Below are positions 50,774 through 60,808 of a DNA stretch of 64,000 nucleotides, in pieces. The stretch comes from an uncultured delta proteobacterium (lineage in GTDB: Bacteria > Myxococcota > Kuafuiibacteriia > Kuafuiibacteriales > Kuafuiibacteriaceae). Every line of letters begins with the position of its first letter. The first letter of the stretch is position 1. The notes beneath the pieces were generated by a model. It worked only from the letters and a program-made list of their open reading frames with translations. It ran no database searches and was not told the DNA's origin. The DNA lies in NCBI GenBank assembly GCA_963803435.1, contig CAWDML010000001.1:2688001-2752000 (forward strand), in the 5' to 3' direction. A program made the translations under genes and the position numbers.

Positions 50774-53730
50774 AGACCGTCCTCCTGATCGAAGACGACT
50801 TCGCTCATCAGGAGCTGATCCTGAAGGCGCTCACCAGCCCGAGCGGCACCGCGATCATCTTCCGCGTCTGCTCGGCCTCCAACGGTCGCGACGCCCTGCA
50901 GGTGCTCGACGACGAGCCGATCGACGCCGTTGTGCTCGACGACTCTCTCCCCGACACCGACGCGCTCAGCCTGCTGTCCGAGATCGGCCAGCGCGCCAAC
51001 GCACCCCCGGTCGTGATCGTGACCGCGCAGGCGAACGAGCGCATGGCCGTTCTGGCGATGAAGCGCGGGGCGGCGGACTACATCGTCAAGAGCGAGGAGT
51101 TCGAGCGCGCGCTCCCGGTGGTGGTGGATCGCGCGATCGAGACCTCGGCGCTCGAGCATCGCGTCCGCATCAGCGAACGCCAGTACCGCGATCTCCTGGA
51201 GAGCTCGAACGACGCGATCTACATCCTGGTAGGGAGCACGTTCCGCTACGTGAACCAGAAATTCGCGGAGATGTTCGGGCGGACGATCGAGGAGCTGATC
51301 GAGGAGAACCTCGACTACCGGGAGCTCATCGCCCAGGAGAGCCGGCCGCTGGTGGAGGAGCGCGGCCGCAAGGTCGCCGAGAACCAGCCGCTGCCCACCC
51401 GCTACGAGTTCCGAGGCGTGCGCAAGAACCGCCAGACCTTCGACGTCGAGGTCTCGGTCTCGTACATCCAGTTCGACGGCCAGCCGGCCGTGCTCGGCAT
51501 CGTCAACGACATCACCGCGCGCAAGGCCTACGAGAAGACGCTGCTCCGCAAGAACCACGAGCTCTCGGTGCTCAACGCGGTCGCCGAGGCGATCACGCAG
51601 GTGCGCGATTTGTCGGCCATCCTCGAGGGCGTGGTGGAGCGGTTGATCGAGCTGCTCGAGGTGGACGCGGCCGGCATCTGCATCCTCGACTCGACCGGCG
51701 AGCGCTACGCCTCGGTCCACTATCGGGGGACCAGCGAGACGTTCATCCGGGAGATGCGCTGGCGGGATCCGCGCCGCGGCGTGATGGGGCTGGCGCTCGA
51801 GACGCAGGAGCTCCAGATCATCGAGGACATCCGTTCCGATCCGAGGATCCTCCACGAGGCCTCTGCGCGGGAGGGCTTCAAGTCGGCGGTGGCGCTGCCG
51901 CTGGTCAGCCACGAGCGCTGCTCCGGCGTCATCACCGTCTTCACGCGCCACCCCCGGAGGTTCGCCGAGGAGGACATCAACCTCTTCGTGGCGGTGGCGC
52001 GGCAGATCGCGGTGGCGATCGAGAACGCCCGTCTCTACCGGAAGGCCCGCGAGGGCATCGCGCGGCTCCAGGCGCTCTCCGAGATCGCGCGCGCGATCGG
52101 CTCGACGCTGGACGTCGAGGGCGTGTTCCGGATCGTCGGCGATCGTCTGCAGCGCCTGATCCCGTACCGGCGCATCGCGCTCAACATCCTCCGGCGTGAC
52201 AGCGAGTTCTTCAGCGTGCGCACGATCGAGCTCCCGGCGGCGGGCGAAGCTCCGGTGGTCCGACTGCACGAGCCGCTGCGGCTGGAGGCGGGCACACCGC
52301 TGCACCAGGCGCTCGAGACCCAGCACACGGTCGTGGTCCGGCCGGGGCGGCTCCTCGCCGAGAAGCACCCCGCGTATCCCAGGGAGGACGAGGTCCTCTC
52401 GGCGGTGGTGCCGGTGGTGGCGGACAAGACCACGCTGGGTGTCTTCGTGGTCACCACCGACGATCGAAACGGCTTCCGCGAGCGCGACCTCGATCTGCTC
52501 CGCGATCTCGCGGCGCACATGGCCATCTCGCTGAAGAACGCGCGCGTGTTCCAGGAGCTCGAGCGCGCCTACAAGGAGCTCAGGGACGCAAAAGATCAGC
52601 TCGTGCGATCCGAAAAGCTCCACTCGCTGGGCGAGCTGGCGGCCGGCGTGGCCCACGACTTCAACAACGTCCTCAGCGCAATCCTGGGGCGCGCGCAGAT
52701 GTTGAGCGTGCTGCTCAAGGACGAGGACATCCTGAAATCGGTGCGCGTGATCGAACGCGCCGCGCTCGACGGCGCCGGGACGGTCCGGCGCATCCAGGAG
52801 TTCGCGAAGGAGAAGTCGGAGGGCGAGTTCGTCGGGTTGAGCCTCAACTCACTGGTGCGGGACGCCGTCGATCTGACCACGCATCGCGTGAACGAGCTCG
52901 GCATCGGCATCGACATGCAGGTCCACTTCGGCGAGGTGCTGTCGGTGCTCGGCAACCCGACGGAGCTGCGCGAGGTGCTGACCAACCTGATCTACAACGC
53001 GATCGACGCGATGCCGCACGGCGGGCGGCTGGCGGTGCGCACCGGGTCCGAGGACGACCGATCCTGGTTCGAGGTGGAGGACACGGGGATCGGGATGGAC
53101 GAGGAGACGCAGAACAAGATCTTCGATCCCTTCTTCACCACCAAGGGCGCGCGGGGGACCGGCCTGGGTATGTCGGTGTCGTACGGCATCGTGCAGCGGC
53201 ACCGCGGGTCGTTCACCCTCGTCTCCCAGAAGGGGGTGGGTACCCGGATTCAGGTTGATTTCCCGACGTACGACGCCCGGGCGGACTTCGCCGAGCCGTC
53301 CGACGAGCGGCGGGCGACAGACTCTGATAAACCCCAGATGGGAGTCCGGATCCTGGTGATCGACGACGACATTGCGGTCCGCGACGTGCTGGCTGATATC
53401 CTCCGGACGGGCGACCATCACGTCGTCGCCGCTGCGACGGGACAGGAGGGCATCGAACTTTTCAAGGGGTCCGAGTTCGACATCGTCTTCACTGACCTAG
53501 GGATGCCGGGGATGGACGGATGGCAGGTCGCCCACGGGATCAAGTCGATCAACCCGGATACGCCGGTCGGCTTGATCACGGGATGGGGATCCACCATCGA
53601 CGACCAGCAGCTCAAGGATCGAGGGGTGGACCTGATCGTGGCCAAACCGTTCCGGTTCAATCAAGTCCTCGAGATTGTGGCGGAGGCGATCGAGATCAAG
53701 AGCCGCCGGACCGAACGGCTTGGAGGTTGA
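50770..53730 (+). CDS. Cytoplasmic hybrid histidine kinase REC-PAS-GAF-GAF-HK-REC
   Basis: N-terminal REC, PAS (YVNQKFAEMFG), two GAFs (AIENARL, LKNARV), VAHDFNN, HATPase, C-terminal REC. Confidence 0.94.
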   Translation: MKTVLLIEDDFAHQELILKALTSPSGTAIIFRVCSASNGRDALQVLDDEPIDAVVLDDSLPDTDALSLLSEIGQRANAPPVVIVTAQANERMAVLAMKRGAADYIVKSEEFERALPVVVDRAIETSALEHRVRISERQYRDLLESSNDAIYILVGSTFRYVNQKFAEMFGRTIEELIEENLDYRELIAQESRPLVEERGRKVAENQPLPTRYEFRGVRKNRQTFDVEVSVSYIQFDGQPAVLGIVNDITARKAYEKTLLRKNHELSVLNAVAEAITQVRDLSAILEGVVERLIELLEVDAAGICILDSTGERYASVHYRGTSETFIREMRWRDPRRGVMGLALETQELQIIEDIRSDPRILHEASAREGFKSAVALPLVSHERCSGVITVFTRHPRRFAEEDINLFVAVARQIAVAIENARLYRKAREGIARLQALSEIARAIGSTLDVEGVFRIVGDRLQRLIPYRRIALNILRRDSEFFSVRTIELPAAGEAPVVRLHEPLRLEAGTPLHQALETQHTVVVRPGRLLAEKHPAYPREDEVLSAVVPVVADKTTLGVFVVTTDDRNGFRERDLDLLRDLAAHMAISLKNARVFQELERAYKELRDAKDQLVRSEKLHSLGELAAGVAHDFNNVLSAILGRAQMLSVLLKDEDILKSVRVIERAALDGAGTVRRIQEFAKEKSEGEFVGLSLNSLVRDAVDLTTHRVNELGIGIDMQVHFGEVLSVLGNPTELREVLTNLIYNAIDAMPHGGRLAVRTGSEDDRSWFEVEDTGIGMDEETQNKIFDPFFTTKGARGTGLGMSVSYGIVQRHRGSFTLVSQKGVGTRIQVDFPTYDARADFAEPSDERRATDSDKPQMGVRILVIDDDIAVRDVLADILRTGDHHVVAAATGQEGIELFKGSEFDIVFTDLGMPGMDGWQVAHGIKSINPDTPVGLITGWGSTIDDQQLKDRGVDLIVAKPFRFNQVLEIVAEAIEIKSRRTERLGG

Positions 53731-53740
53731 CCGCCGCACC

Positions 53741-55585
53741 GTGGCCAACAACGACGTCCTACAGAACGCGCCGGTGGCCGGGGTCCGGAGACGCTTCCCG
53801 CGGAACTTCGGCCGCTACATCCTGGACAAGACCCTGTCGCGCGGTGGGATGGGCGAGGTCTACCTGGCGGTCGCGCGCGGTCCGAACAAGTGGTGCGTCA
53901 TCAAGACGATCCGGGGGGACCTGACCGGAGACGACGAGTTCATCGGACGCTTCGCCGACGAGGCGAAGATCATGGTCCGCATCAGCCACGACAACATCAT
54001 CCGCGTCTTCGACGCGGGCAAGGTCGAGTACGACTACTACATCGCGATGGAGTACGTGCACGGGCGCGACCTTGGCGACGTGCTGGATCGCGCCTACGAG
54101 CGCGGCGAGCCCATGCCGACGCAGCTCGGCCTGTACGTCGCCTCGTACGTATTGCGCGGGCTCCAATACGCGCACCGACTCACCGACGAGCAGGGCAGGC
54201 ACATGGGCCTGGTCCACCGTGACATCTCTCCGCAGAACGTGCTGATCGGCTTCGACGGCTCAGTGAAGATCATCGACTTCGGCCTGGCGCGCACCGATCT
54301 TCTCCCGGCACGAACCCAGGGCGCGCTCGCGGTCGGCAAGTACGGCTACATGTCCCCGGAGCAGGCTCGCCACGAGAACATCGACGGTCGCGCCGACATC
54401 TACTCGACCGGCGTGATGCTCTTCGAGGTCTTCACAGGCGATCGCCTGGTCGACGAGCAGGATCAGGCGACGCTCTGGCAGCGCGTGCTCAGCCCGAAGC
54501 ACCGGGCGCCGCGCTCCGTGGTTCCGGGGCTCCCCAAGGAGATCGACGAGCTGGTCATGACCGCGGTCTCGGTGAACCCGGGGGACCGCTTCGGCGATGC
54601 CAGCCGGATGCTGGAGTTCGTCGACTCCATGCGCAACGAGGACAGCAACCGCGAATCCTTCACGCGTTACCTGCGCTATCTCTACGCGAAAGTCGACTTC
54701 TCGCCCCCGCAGGTCCCGACCTACACCGGCGAGATCGGCTGGGGTACCGAACGTTCCATCATCATCGCCACCTCGCGGGAGGGCGCGCTGTCGGTGTTCG
54801 GCCGCGGCGAGCTCGCGATCGAGGGCACCACGCAGATCAACGCGAACGAGCTGCGGCGCGCGTTCCAGCGGCGCGAGGAGAAGAGGAACTTCGAGGTCAC
54901 CACCGACGCCGCCGAGCTCCCACGCCGGGACGAGGGCATGCCGCCGCCGTCGGCGCGGCTGATCGACGACACGCTCGATCCGCCGACGCAGATCAGCCGC
55001 ATGCCGCTGGAGGCTCCGCTCACGGCGCCGGTGATCGAGCAGACGGACGACGACGAGCTCGGCTTGCTCGACGACGACCAGACGATCCAGGCGGCGCCGG
55101 TGCACGGGCTGGCACACTTCGGCCAGTACCGCGACGACGAGATGACCGTGATGATGGATGCGCCGCCGCGCCTCGCACCGGGCACCGCGCCGGAAGAGGA
55201 CGGGGGCGACGCGCCCACGCGGCTGTCGCGGCTGCCCAAGGAGGGGCCGCGCGAGTCCAAGCTGCAGCGGGGCCGCGCGATCAAGGAGCGGGTCTCGGCG
55301 CAGGATCCCAGCGAGCGTGTCGACCGCCGGCCGCCCGCGCCCACGCAGCCGATCCGGGAGGCGCGGGAGGCGCCCAAGCCGATCTTCGCCCATCGCGTCA
55401 CCGTCATGGCCTCGGGCGATACCAAGCCGGTCGCACGTGCCGAGGTGATGGGCCACCCGCCGGTGGAGCCGACCCAGCCGGAGCGCGATCCTCCGACGGG
55501 CCTGGGCGTCTTCTTCACGGTCATGATCGGGTTCGGTGTCGCCGTGCTGATCGCCGTGTTCATCTGGTTCCTCCTCAACCTGTGA
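53741..55585 (+). CDS. Ser/Thr protein kinase with C-terminal TM anchor
   Basis: SRGGMGEVY, CVIK, HRDISPQN, DFG, GKYGYMSPE; terminal hydrophobic helix. Confidence 0.93.
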   Translation: MANNDVLQNAPVAGVRRRFPRNFGRYILDKTLSRGGMGEVYLAVARGPNKWCVIKTIRGDLTGDDEFIGRFADEAKIMVRISHDNIIRVFDAGKVEYDYYIAMEYVHGRDLGDVLDRAYERGEPMPTQLGLYVASYVLRGLQYAHRLTDEQGRHMGLVHRDISPQNVLIGFDGSVKIIDFGLARTDLLPARTQGALAVGKYGYMSPEQARHENIDGRADIYSTGVMLFEVFTGDRLVDEQDQATLWQRVLSPKHRAPRSVVPGLPKEIDELVMTAVSVNPGDRFGDASRMLEFVDSMRNEDSNRESFTRYLRYLYAKVDFSPPQVPTYTGEIGWGTERSIIIATSREGALSVFGRGELAIEGTTQINANELRRAFQRREEKRNFEVTTDAAELPRRDEGMPPPSARLIDDTLDPPTQISRMPLEAPLTAPVIEQTDDDELGLLDDDQTIQAAPVHGLAHFGQYRDDEMTVMMDAPPRLAPGTAPEEDGGDAPTRLSRLPKEGPRESKLQRGRAIKERVSAQDPSERVDRRPPAPTQPIREAREAPKPIFAHRVTVMASGDTKPVARAEVMGHPPVEPTQPERDPPTGLGVFFTVMIGFGVAVLIAVFIWFLLNL

Positions 55586-55653
55586 CGCCGTCACGGCAGC
55601 GCCGGGGTGACAGCGGCGGCTTTCGCTCGCGAAACTGCGCGGTCCGGGTTTTG

Positions 55654-56973
55654 ATGACGCCCATGGCGATGCGCTGGATCTCCTCCTCGATCGTCCTTCT
55701 CGGTGGGCTGGTGCTCGGGGGCTGTGGCGGGCCGCAGTGTGATGCCGAGGGCCTGCGATCGGCGCTCGCGGGTGCGAGCGGCGGCGACGTGGTGCACGTC
55801 GGTGCCTGCCGGATCAGCGGTGACTTCACGCTCCCCGCCGGGGTGACGCTCAGCGGTGAGGCCGGGAGCACGATCGCGGGTCGGATCGATCTGTCTGGGG
55901 GCGGACGCGTCGAGCACCTGGCCGTCGAGTCGAACGACGCGGGCGTGGTGGCGCAAAGCGGCGGCGCGGTGGCCTTGGAGGACGTCCAGGTCACGGCCAG
56001 CACCGGCATCGGGGTCGCCGCGGACGGCGTCGCCTCCCTCACGATGCAGGACGTGACGCTGCGAGGCCCGGTCGACGCCAGCAACGTCTCGGCGCTCTTC
56101 GGTACTGAGCCCGATCCAGAGGAGACGGCCACCCACGGGCTGATCGTCGTCGACGTTCCCAGCGCGACCCTCAGCGGCGTCTCGTCGCGCGGCTTCGCCC
56201 GCTTCGGCGCGCTGCTCAAGGACAGCGTCACGAGCTGGTCGGACGGGGACGCGAACGAGAACGCCTGGGTCGGGATCATGGTCGCGCAGGGGAGCGCCAC
56301 GCTCACCGACGTCGACGTGCACGACACCTTCGATCTCCAGCTCGCCGACGGAGCCACCTTCGGAGTGGTGACCGCGAGCGCGGCGGTGGCGTCTACCCGG
56401 CTGTCGGTGATGGGCTCCGGCGGCTTTGGGCTCTTCCACCTGCGCGGGAGCGCCGTGCATCAGGACCTCACCGCCCGCAGCAACTCGCACGGCGGGGTCC
56501 GGCTGGAGCTCACCGGCGAGGCCGAGCTCGGCGGCGAGATCTCCGACAACGACTTCGGTGCGATCGTCGCGTACGGCGCGAACAACCTCACGATCCGCGA
56601 CGCCACCATTGCGAACAACGCCATGGCGATCCGCCAGGAGAACGGCGGCGTCGAGGCCGGCGACGGGATCCAGCTGGTCGACAGCACGCGCGGAGCGCTG
56701 ATCCAGAACACCACCATCTCCGGGAACGACCGGGCCGGGATCGTGATCGACCTCTTCGGACAGAACCTGGAGGCCGGCGTGTTCGACAACGTCACCGTCG
56801 AGCGGGACTCGGCGGCCGAGAACGGTGTGATCGTACAAGACGGCACCCGTGCCACCGGTTGGGACGTCGGCCTGATGCGCGACGCCGCCACCGTGCAGGC
56901 GGACGAGGCGTTCACCAACGTGATCGACACCGTAGGGGCGGTGGGGCCCTGCTTCGTACCGGTGCCTCAGTAG
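55654..56973 (+). CDS. Right-handed parallel beta-helix lipoprotein
   Basis: Lipobox LGGC; repeats such as ISDNDFGAI and ISGNDRAGI. Confidence 0.78.
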   Translation: MTPMAMRWISSSIVLLGGLVLGGCGGPQCDAEGLRSALAGASGGDVVHVGACRISGDFTLPAGVTLSGEAGSTIAGRIDLSGGGRVEHLAVESNDAGVVAQSGGAVALEDVQVTASTGIGVAADGVASLTMQDVTLRGPVDASNVSALFGTEPDPEETATHGLIVVDVPSATLSGVSSRGFARFGALLKDSVTSWSDGDANENAWVGIMVAQGSATLTDVDVHDTFDLQLADGATFGVVTASAAVASTRLSVMGSGGFGLFHLRGSAVHQDLTARSNSHGGVRLELTGEAELGGEISDNDFGAIVAYGANNLTIRDATIANNAMAIRQENGGVEAGDGIQLVDSTRGALIQNTTISGNDRAGIVIDLFGQNLEAGVFDNVTVERDSAAENGVIVQDGTRATGWDVGLMRDAATVQADEAFTNVIDTVGAVGPCFVPVPQ

Positions 56974-59597
56974 AGACCGGTGGTGTCGGTGCTGGGCAGA
57001 GGCGTGTTCCGCGAGGCAACGCCGTCGACCTCGTTGCCGGTGTAGACGACGGTCGTGGTGATCCGCGACTGATCGAAGCTGGGATCGCGGACGTCGGCTC
57101 CGAGCACGCTGTGCGCGATCGTGCCGTCGACCAGATCGATCTGACCGCCGGTGAGCTGCACACCCGCGCGGGGACCGTCGATGGTCAGGCCCGTCTCGAC
57201 GTTGTCCGAGAGGAGGAATCCGGAGAGCGCGATCCGACCTCCGATCGCGGCGAAGATGCCGATCCCTCCGGGCGCGTCGCAGGTGCCGTCGTCGAAGCAC
57301 GCGTTGTGGCGCGTCCCCAGGACGCGGATGTCGCGCCCAAAGATCTGGGCGCGCGAGGCCAGTATGCCCACCTCGCCGCTGTCTTCGACGCACGCGCGCT
57401 CGACGTCGACCCGCGCCCCCTCCTGGGCCTGGATCCCGCGTCCGTAGGCGCCCTCGAGCGGACCGGTGTGTCGCAGCGCGGCGTCCCGCAGGTTGAGGCG
57501 TGAGTCGCCGGCGACGAAGATCGCGACCTCGACGTTGTCCTCGAGGCGGGCGCGCGTGACGGTGGCAGTGGCGCCCAGCTCGAGCGAGACGCCTCGCCCG
57601 ACCGGAAACCCGAACGACGACACGCCGGGTTGGGTGCGGCTGAGGATCAGATCCTGGAGATCGAGACGCGCCGACGAGGCGCCCACGATCCCGGCGGCGT
57701 GGACATGATCGATCCGGAGGCGCCGGCCGATGACGGAGGCATGATCGTTGACCGCGAGACCGAGCCCGAAGACGCCCGCGGCCGGCTGGGTGTCGAGAAT
57801 GGAGACGTCGTCGAGCTCGACCTCCGCGGAGGCCTGAGAGACCACGCCGTAGAGCTCGCCGCGCTCGAACTGCCCGCGGTGCACGATCGCGCGCGTGCGC
57901 GGGCCGTCCGCGACCAGCCCCACACCGCCCTCGCCGTGTCCGGCCACGACGGCCGAGTCGCGCATCGTGAGATCGTCGAAGACGGCGACCGCCCCGGTGT
58001 CCATCTCGATTCCGGAGCCCTGGATCTCCTCGATCAGGACCCGCGTCAGCGCGATGCTGGAGCCGGACTCGATGCTGATGCCGTTGCCGTCGAGTCGCTC
58101 GAGCCCGGCACCGACGCCGGAGATCGTGACGTCGTTGCCGCGGACCTGGGCGGCGGGGCCGAACACCTCGATCCCCGCGTTGTGGTGTCCCTCGATCCGG
58201 ACCTGGTTGAGCCAGACCTCTGCGTTCTCGTGGAGGGAGAGCCCGAGGCCAGCGCCGTCGAGGCCGTCGTGCATCCCGACCGTCGCGGTGTTCACGTAGT
58301 GCAGCTTGGTGTCGCGGAGGATCGCCAACGTGGCGGTGAGCGTCTGGCCGGAGCCGCCGAGGGTGATGGCGGAGCGCTCGTTGTCGGCGATCAACGTCCG
58401 TGTGAGCGCAATCCGGGAGCGGGCGCCCTCGCGATCGAGCGAGTCGTTGGCGACGATGCCCTGGCCGGCGGACTCGGCGTCCTTGAAGATGGTGCCGCGG
58501 ACGACGCTGTCCTCCAGGGTCACCGTGCCGTCGAAGACGTCGATCCCGTAGCCGGTGTTCAGCGCCACGTCGGTCCGCAAGAGCGTCAGCTCACCCCCGG
58601 CGAAGACCGTCGCGCCGGCGTCCAGGTTGCCGCTGAGCGCAGCGTCCTCGAGACGGGCCGTCGACAGCGGCGAGGAGGAAGCGGCGACCGCGATGCCGGC
58701 GGCGCTGCCCTCCGAGATCACGGACGCGAGCTCGAGCGCGGCGTCCAGCACCGTGAGGCCGGCGCTGCGCGCGGTCGCGGCGGGAGAGACGACGTCCTGG
58801 ACCACGACGCGAGAACCCGTGATCAGGGCGCCGTCCTGGGCCTGGATGCCGGCGCGGATGGTGTCGTGTACCCACACGCCCTCCAGGTGGAGCTCGATGC
58901 CGGCGCCCTCGGTGTACACGCCGAACGTCTGTCCGGTGACCGAGACGTTGCCGAGCCCCGACCATCCCTCGAGCGCGGCCACGACGAGCTGCGGCTGGGT
59001 GCCCGTCGAGGTCCGGATCACGGTGTCGCGCGCGCACGCGCCCCAGACGATCGCGTCCTTCGGGAGCCCGACCGGTTGCGCGGAGGGATAGTCGCCCTTC
59101 GAGAGGAGGATCGCGGTCTCCCGCCCCGAGTCGCGAGCCGCCACCCGGGCGTCGCGGAACGAGCGCAGCGCCCGCTCGGGCGTGGCGCCGTCGCCGCCCT
59201 CCTGCGCCCTCGGGTTCACGTAGATGCGGGGCCACGCCGCGTACGCCTCGGGCGGCTCCGAGAAGTCGCCGGAGGGACACGCGGTGCCGATGGGCGCGCA
59301 GCCCTCGGTCCCGGGAAAGTGCGCCTCGCCGTCGGGACAGGGCGCGCGGCCGCCCGGAGGCCACGCCGAGCAGGCGCCGTCGTCCAGGCTCCAGCCCGCG
59401 GGGCAGCTCCACGCCACCGGCGCCGGCAGGTCGGGCGCCTCGGGCTCTGTCACCTCGACGGCGCAAGCCTCGGGTCCACCGTCCCTCGTCGCGATCCCGC
59501 CGTCGGGCGCGGGCGGCACGATCTCGTCGTCTTGCGCGGACCCGCCGCATCCGAACGCGGGCACCAGCAGAGCCAGGAGAGCCACACGGAGCAGCAT
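56967..59597 (-). CDS. Right-handed parallel beta-helix lipoprotein with Cys-rich N-terminus
   Basis: Lipobox AFGC; Cys-rich WSCPAGW region; GDGATPERAL; many xxNxxAG repeats. Confidence 0.82.
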   Translation of the reverse strand: MLLRVALLALLVPAFGCGGSAQDDEIVPPAPDGGIATRDGGPEACAVEVTEPEAPDLPAPVAWSCPAGWSLDDGACSAWPPGGRAPCPDGEAHFPGTEGCAPIGTACPSGDFSEPPEAYAAWPRIYVNPRAQEGGDGATPERALRSFRDARVAARDSGRETAILLSKGDYPSAQPVGLPKDAIVWGACARDTVIRTSTGTQPQLVVAALEGWSGLGNVSVTGQTFGVYTEGAGIELHLEGVWVHDTIRAGIQAQDGALITGSRVVVQDVVSPAATARSAGLTVLDAALELASVISEGSAAGIAVAASSSPLSTARLEDAALSGNLDAGATVFAGGELTLLRTDVALNTGYGIDVFDGTVTLEDSVVRGTIFKDAESAGQGIVANDSLDREGARSRIALTRTLIADNERSAITLGGSGQTLTATLAILRDTKLHYVNTATVGMHDGLDGAGLGLSLHENAEVWLNQVRIEGHHNAGIEVFGPAAQVRGNDVTISGVGAGLERLDGNGISIESGSSIALTRVLIEEIQGSGIEMDTGAVAVFDDLTMRDSAVVAGHGEGGVGLVADGPRTRAIVHRGQFERGELYGVVSQASAEVELDDVSILDTQPAAGVFGLGLAVNDHASVIGRRLRIDHVHAAGIVGASSARLDLQDLILSRTQPGVSSFGFPVGRGVSLELGATATVTRARLEDNVEVAIFVAGDSRLNLRDAALRHTGPLEGAYGRGIQAQEGARVDVERACVEDSGEVGILASRAQIFGRDIRVLGTRHNACFDDGTCDAPGGIGIFAAIGGRIALSGFLLSDNVETGLTIDGPRAGVQLTGGQIDLVDGTIAHSVLGADVRDPSFDQSRITTTVVYTGNEVDGVASRNTPLPSTDTTGLY

Positions 59598-59600
59598 GCG

Positions 59601-60737
59601 TCAGAACAGGGTTAGCTGTTGCGGCGGCACAAGGCTATAGACCTTGCATCCAGCCTGGCGGAGCTCGGCGGAGAGCTCCTCGACGTAGCCGCCCGACAGG
59701 TAGATCTCGGACGCACCCGTCTCACGGATGAAAGAGACGAGCTCGTCGTGATCCACGGTGTCGGACAGGGGGAAGGCGGCGTCGACGCGATGGCGATAGA
59801 CCCAGGACTCGTCCATCGCCCGGCCGGTGACGATGGCGGTCCGATACTTCTTCAGCTTGCGGATGGAGGCGTGCTTGCGGAGGATCGGCGGGAAGATCAC
59901 GACCTCGTCCCGCGCCGGCGTCCCTTGAAACCGGCGGGCGTTGACGATGCTGACGCCGAGCTCGCGATAGATCTTGGCGAGGTCGTAGATCGATCGGTGC
60001 ACGCGCATCCGGTGGTCGGCCTTCCCAAGCACGTGCATGAGCTCTTGCGCCGTCCCCATCGGGTTCGCGATCAACACGGGTGTCGCCCGATCCTCCAGGC
60101 AGTCGCCGACGAAGCGCTTGATGGCGGCGAGCACCTCCTCGCGCGGCGGAAAGCGAAACATTGGAACGCCGTAGGTCGCGGGGATCGCGAGGACGTCGCA
60201 GGGAACCGGGGTGGCGCGCTCGGAGGTGGCGGTCTGCCGAACGTTGACGTCGCTGGTGTAGATGATCCGGCGGCCGTCGCGCACGACCAGGAGCTGCGCT
60301 GACCCGAGCACGTGACCGGCCGGGTGCATCTGCAGCTCGAGCGGCCCCAGCGTGAAGCTGCGCTTGTACGGCGACGTCAGCGCGTCGATCTTGCCGGTGC
60401 CGCGGGTGATGATCTTGTAGGTCTTGTCGGTGGTGAGGATCCGGCGATTCTTGCCGATTTCGTCGACGTGTGAGTGCGAGATGAAGGTGAGATCCCGCCG
60501 CCGGTCAGCGTCGCACCAGAGGATCGATCCGGTGAGATGGATCCCGCCGTTGTACTCGAGCTCGCGATAGGGCTCGTCGAAGAAGAGGCTCCCGTCCTGC
60601 TTCTTGGGGCGGGTCTCGCCGAAAGGCTCGGGATCGGCCGGCGGATCGGGATCGGGCGCCGGCTCCGGATCCGGGACAGACGTGCGCGGCGCGAAGAGGT
60701 CCGCAGTCTCGGGCGCGCTGCGCTTCTTGCGGACCAC
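59601..60737 (-). CDS. Metallo-beta-lactamase / beta-CASP-like nuclease
   Basis: FISHSHVDE, AGHVLGSAQ, IYTSD, ATYG, FPLSD; ends QQLTLF. Confidence 0.8.
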   Translation of the reverse strand: MVRKKRSAPETADLFAPRTSVPDPEPAPDPDPPADPEPFGETRPKKQDGSLFFDEPYRELEYNGGIHLTGSILWCDADRRRDLTFISHSHVDEIGKNRRILTTDKTYKIITRGTGKIDALTSPYKRSFTLGPLELQMHPAGHVLGSAQLLVVRDGRRIIYTSDVNVRQTATSERATPVPCDVLAIPATYGVPMFRFPPREEVLAAIKRFVGDCLEDRATPVLIANPMGTAQELMHVLGKADHRMRVHRSIYDLAKIYRELGVSIVNARRFQGTPARDEVVIFPPILRKHASIRKLKKYRTAIVTGRAMDESWVYRHRVDAAFPLSDTVDHDELVSFIRETGASEIYLSGGYVEELSAELRQAGCKVYSLVPPQQLTLF

Positions 60738-60808
60738 GTCGGTAGGATGGCACCTCGACAGGGCGGAAGAATCAAGAAAACGCCGGTCCGCTCGGCTACG
60801 CTCCTCCC

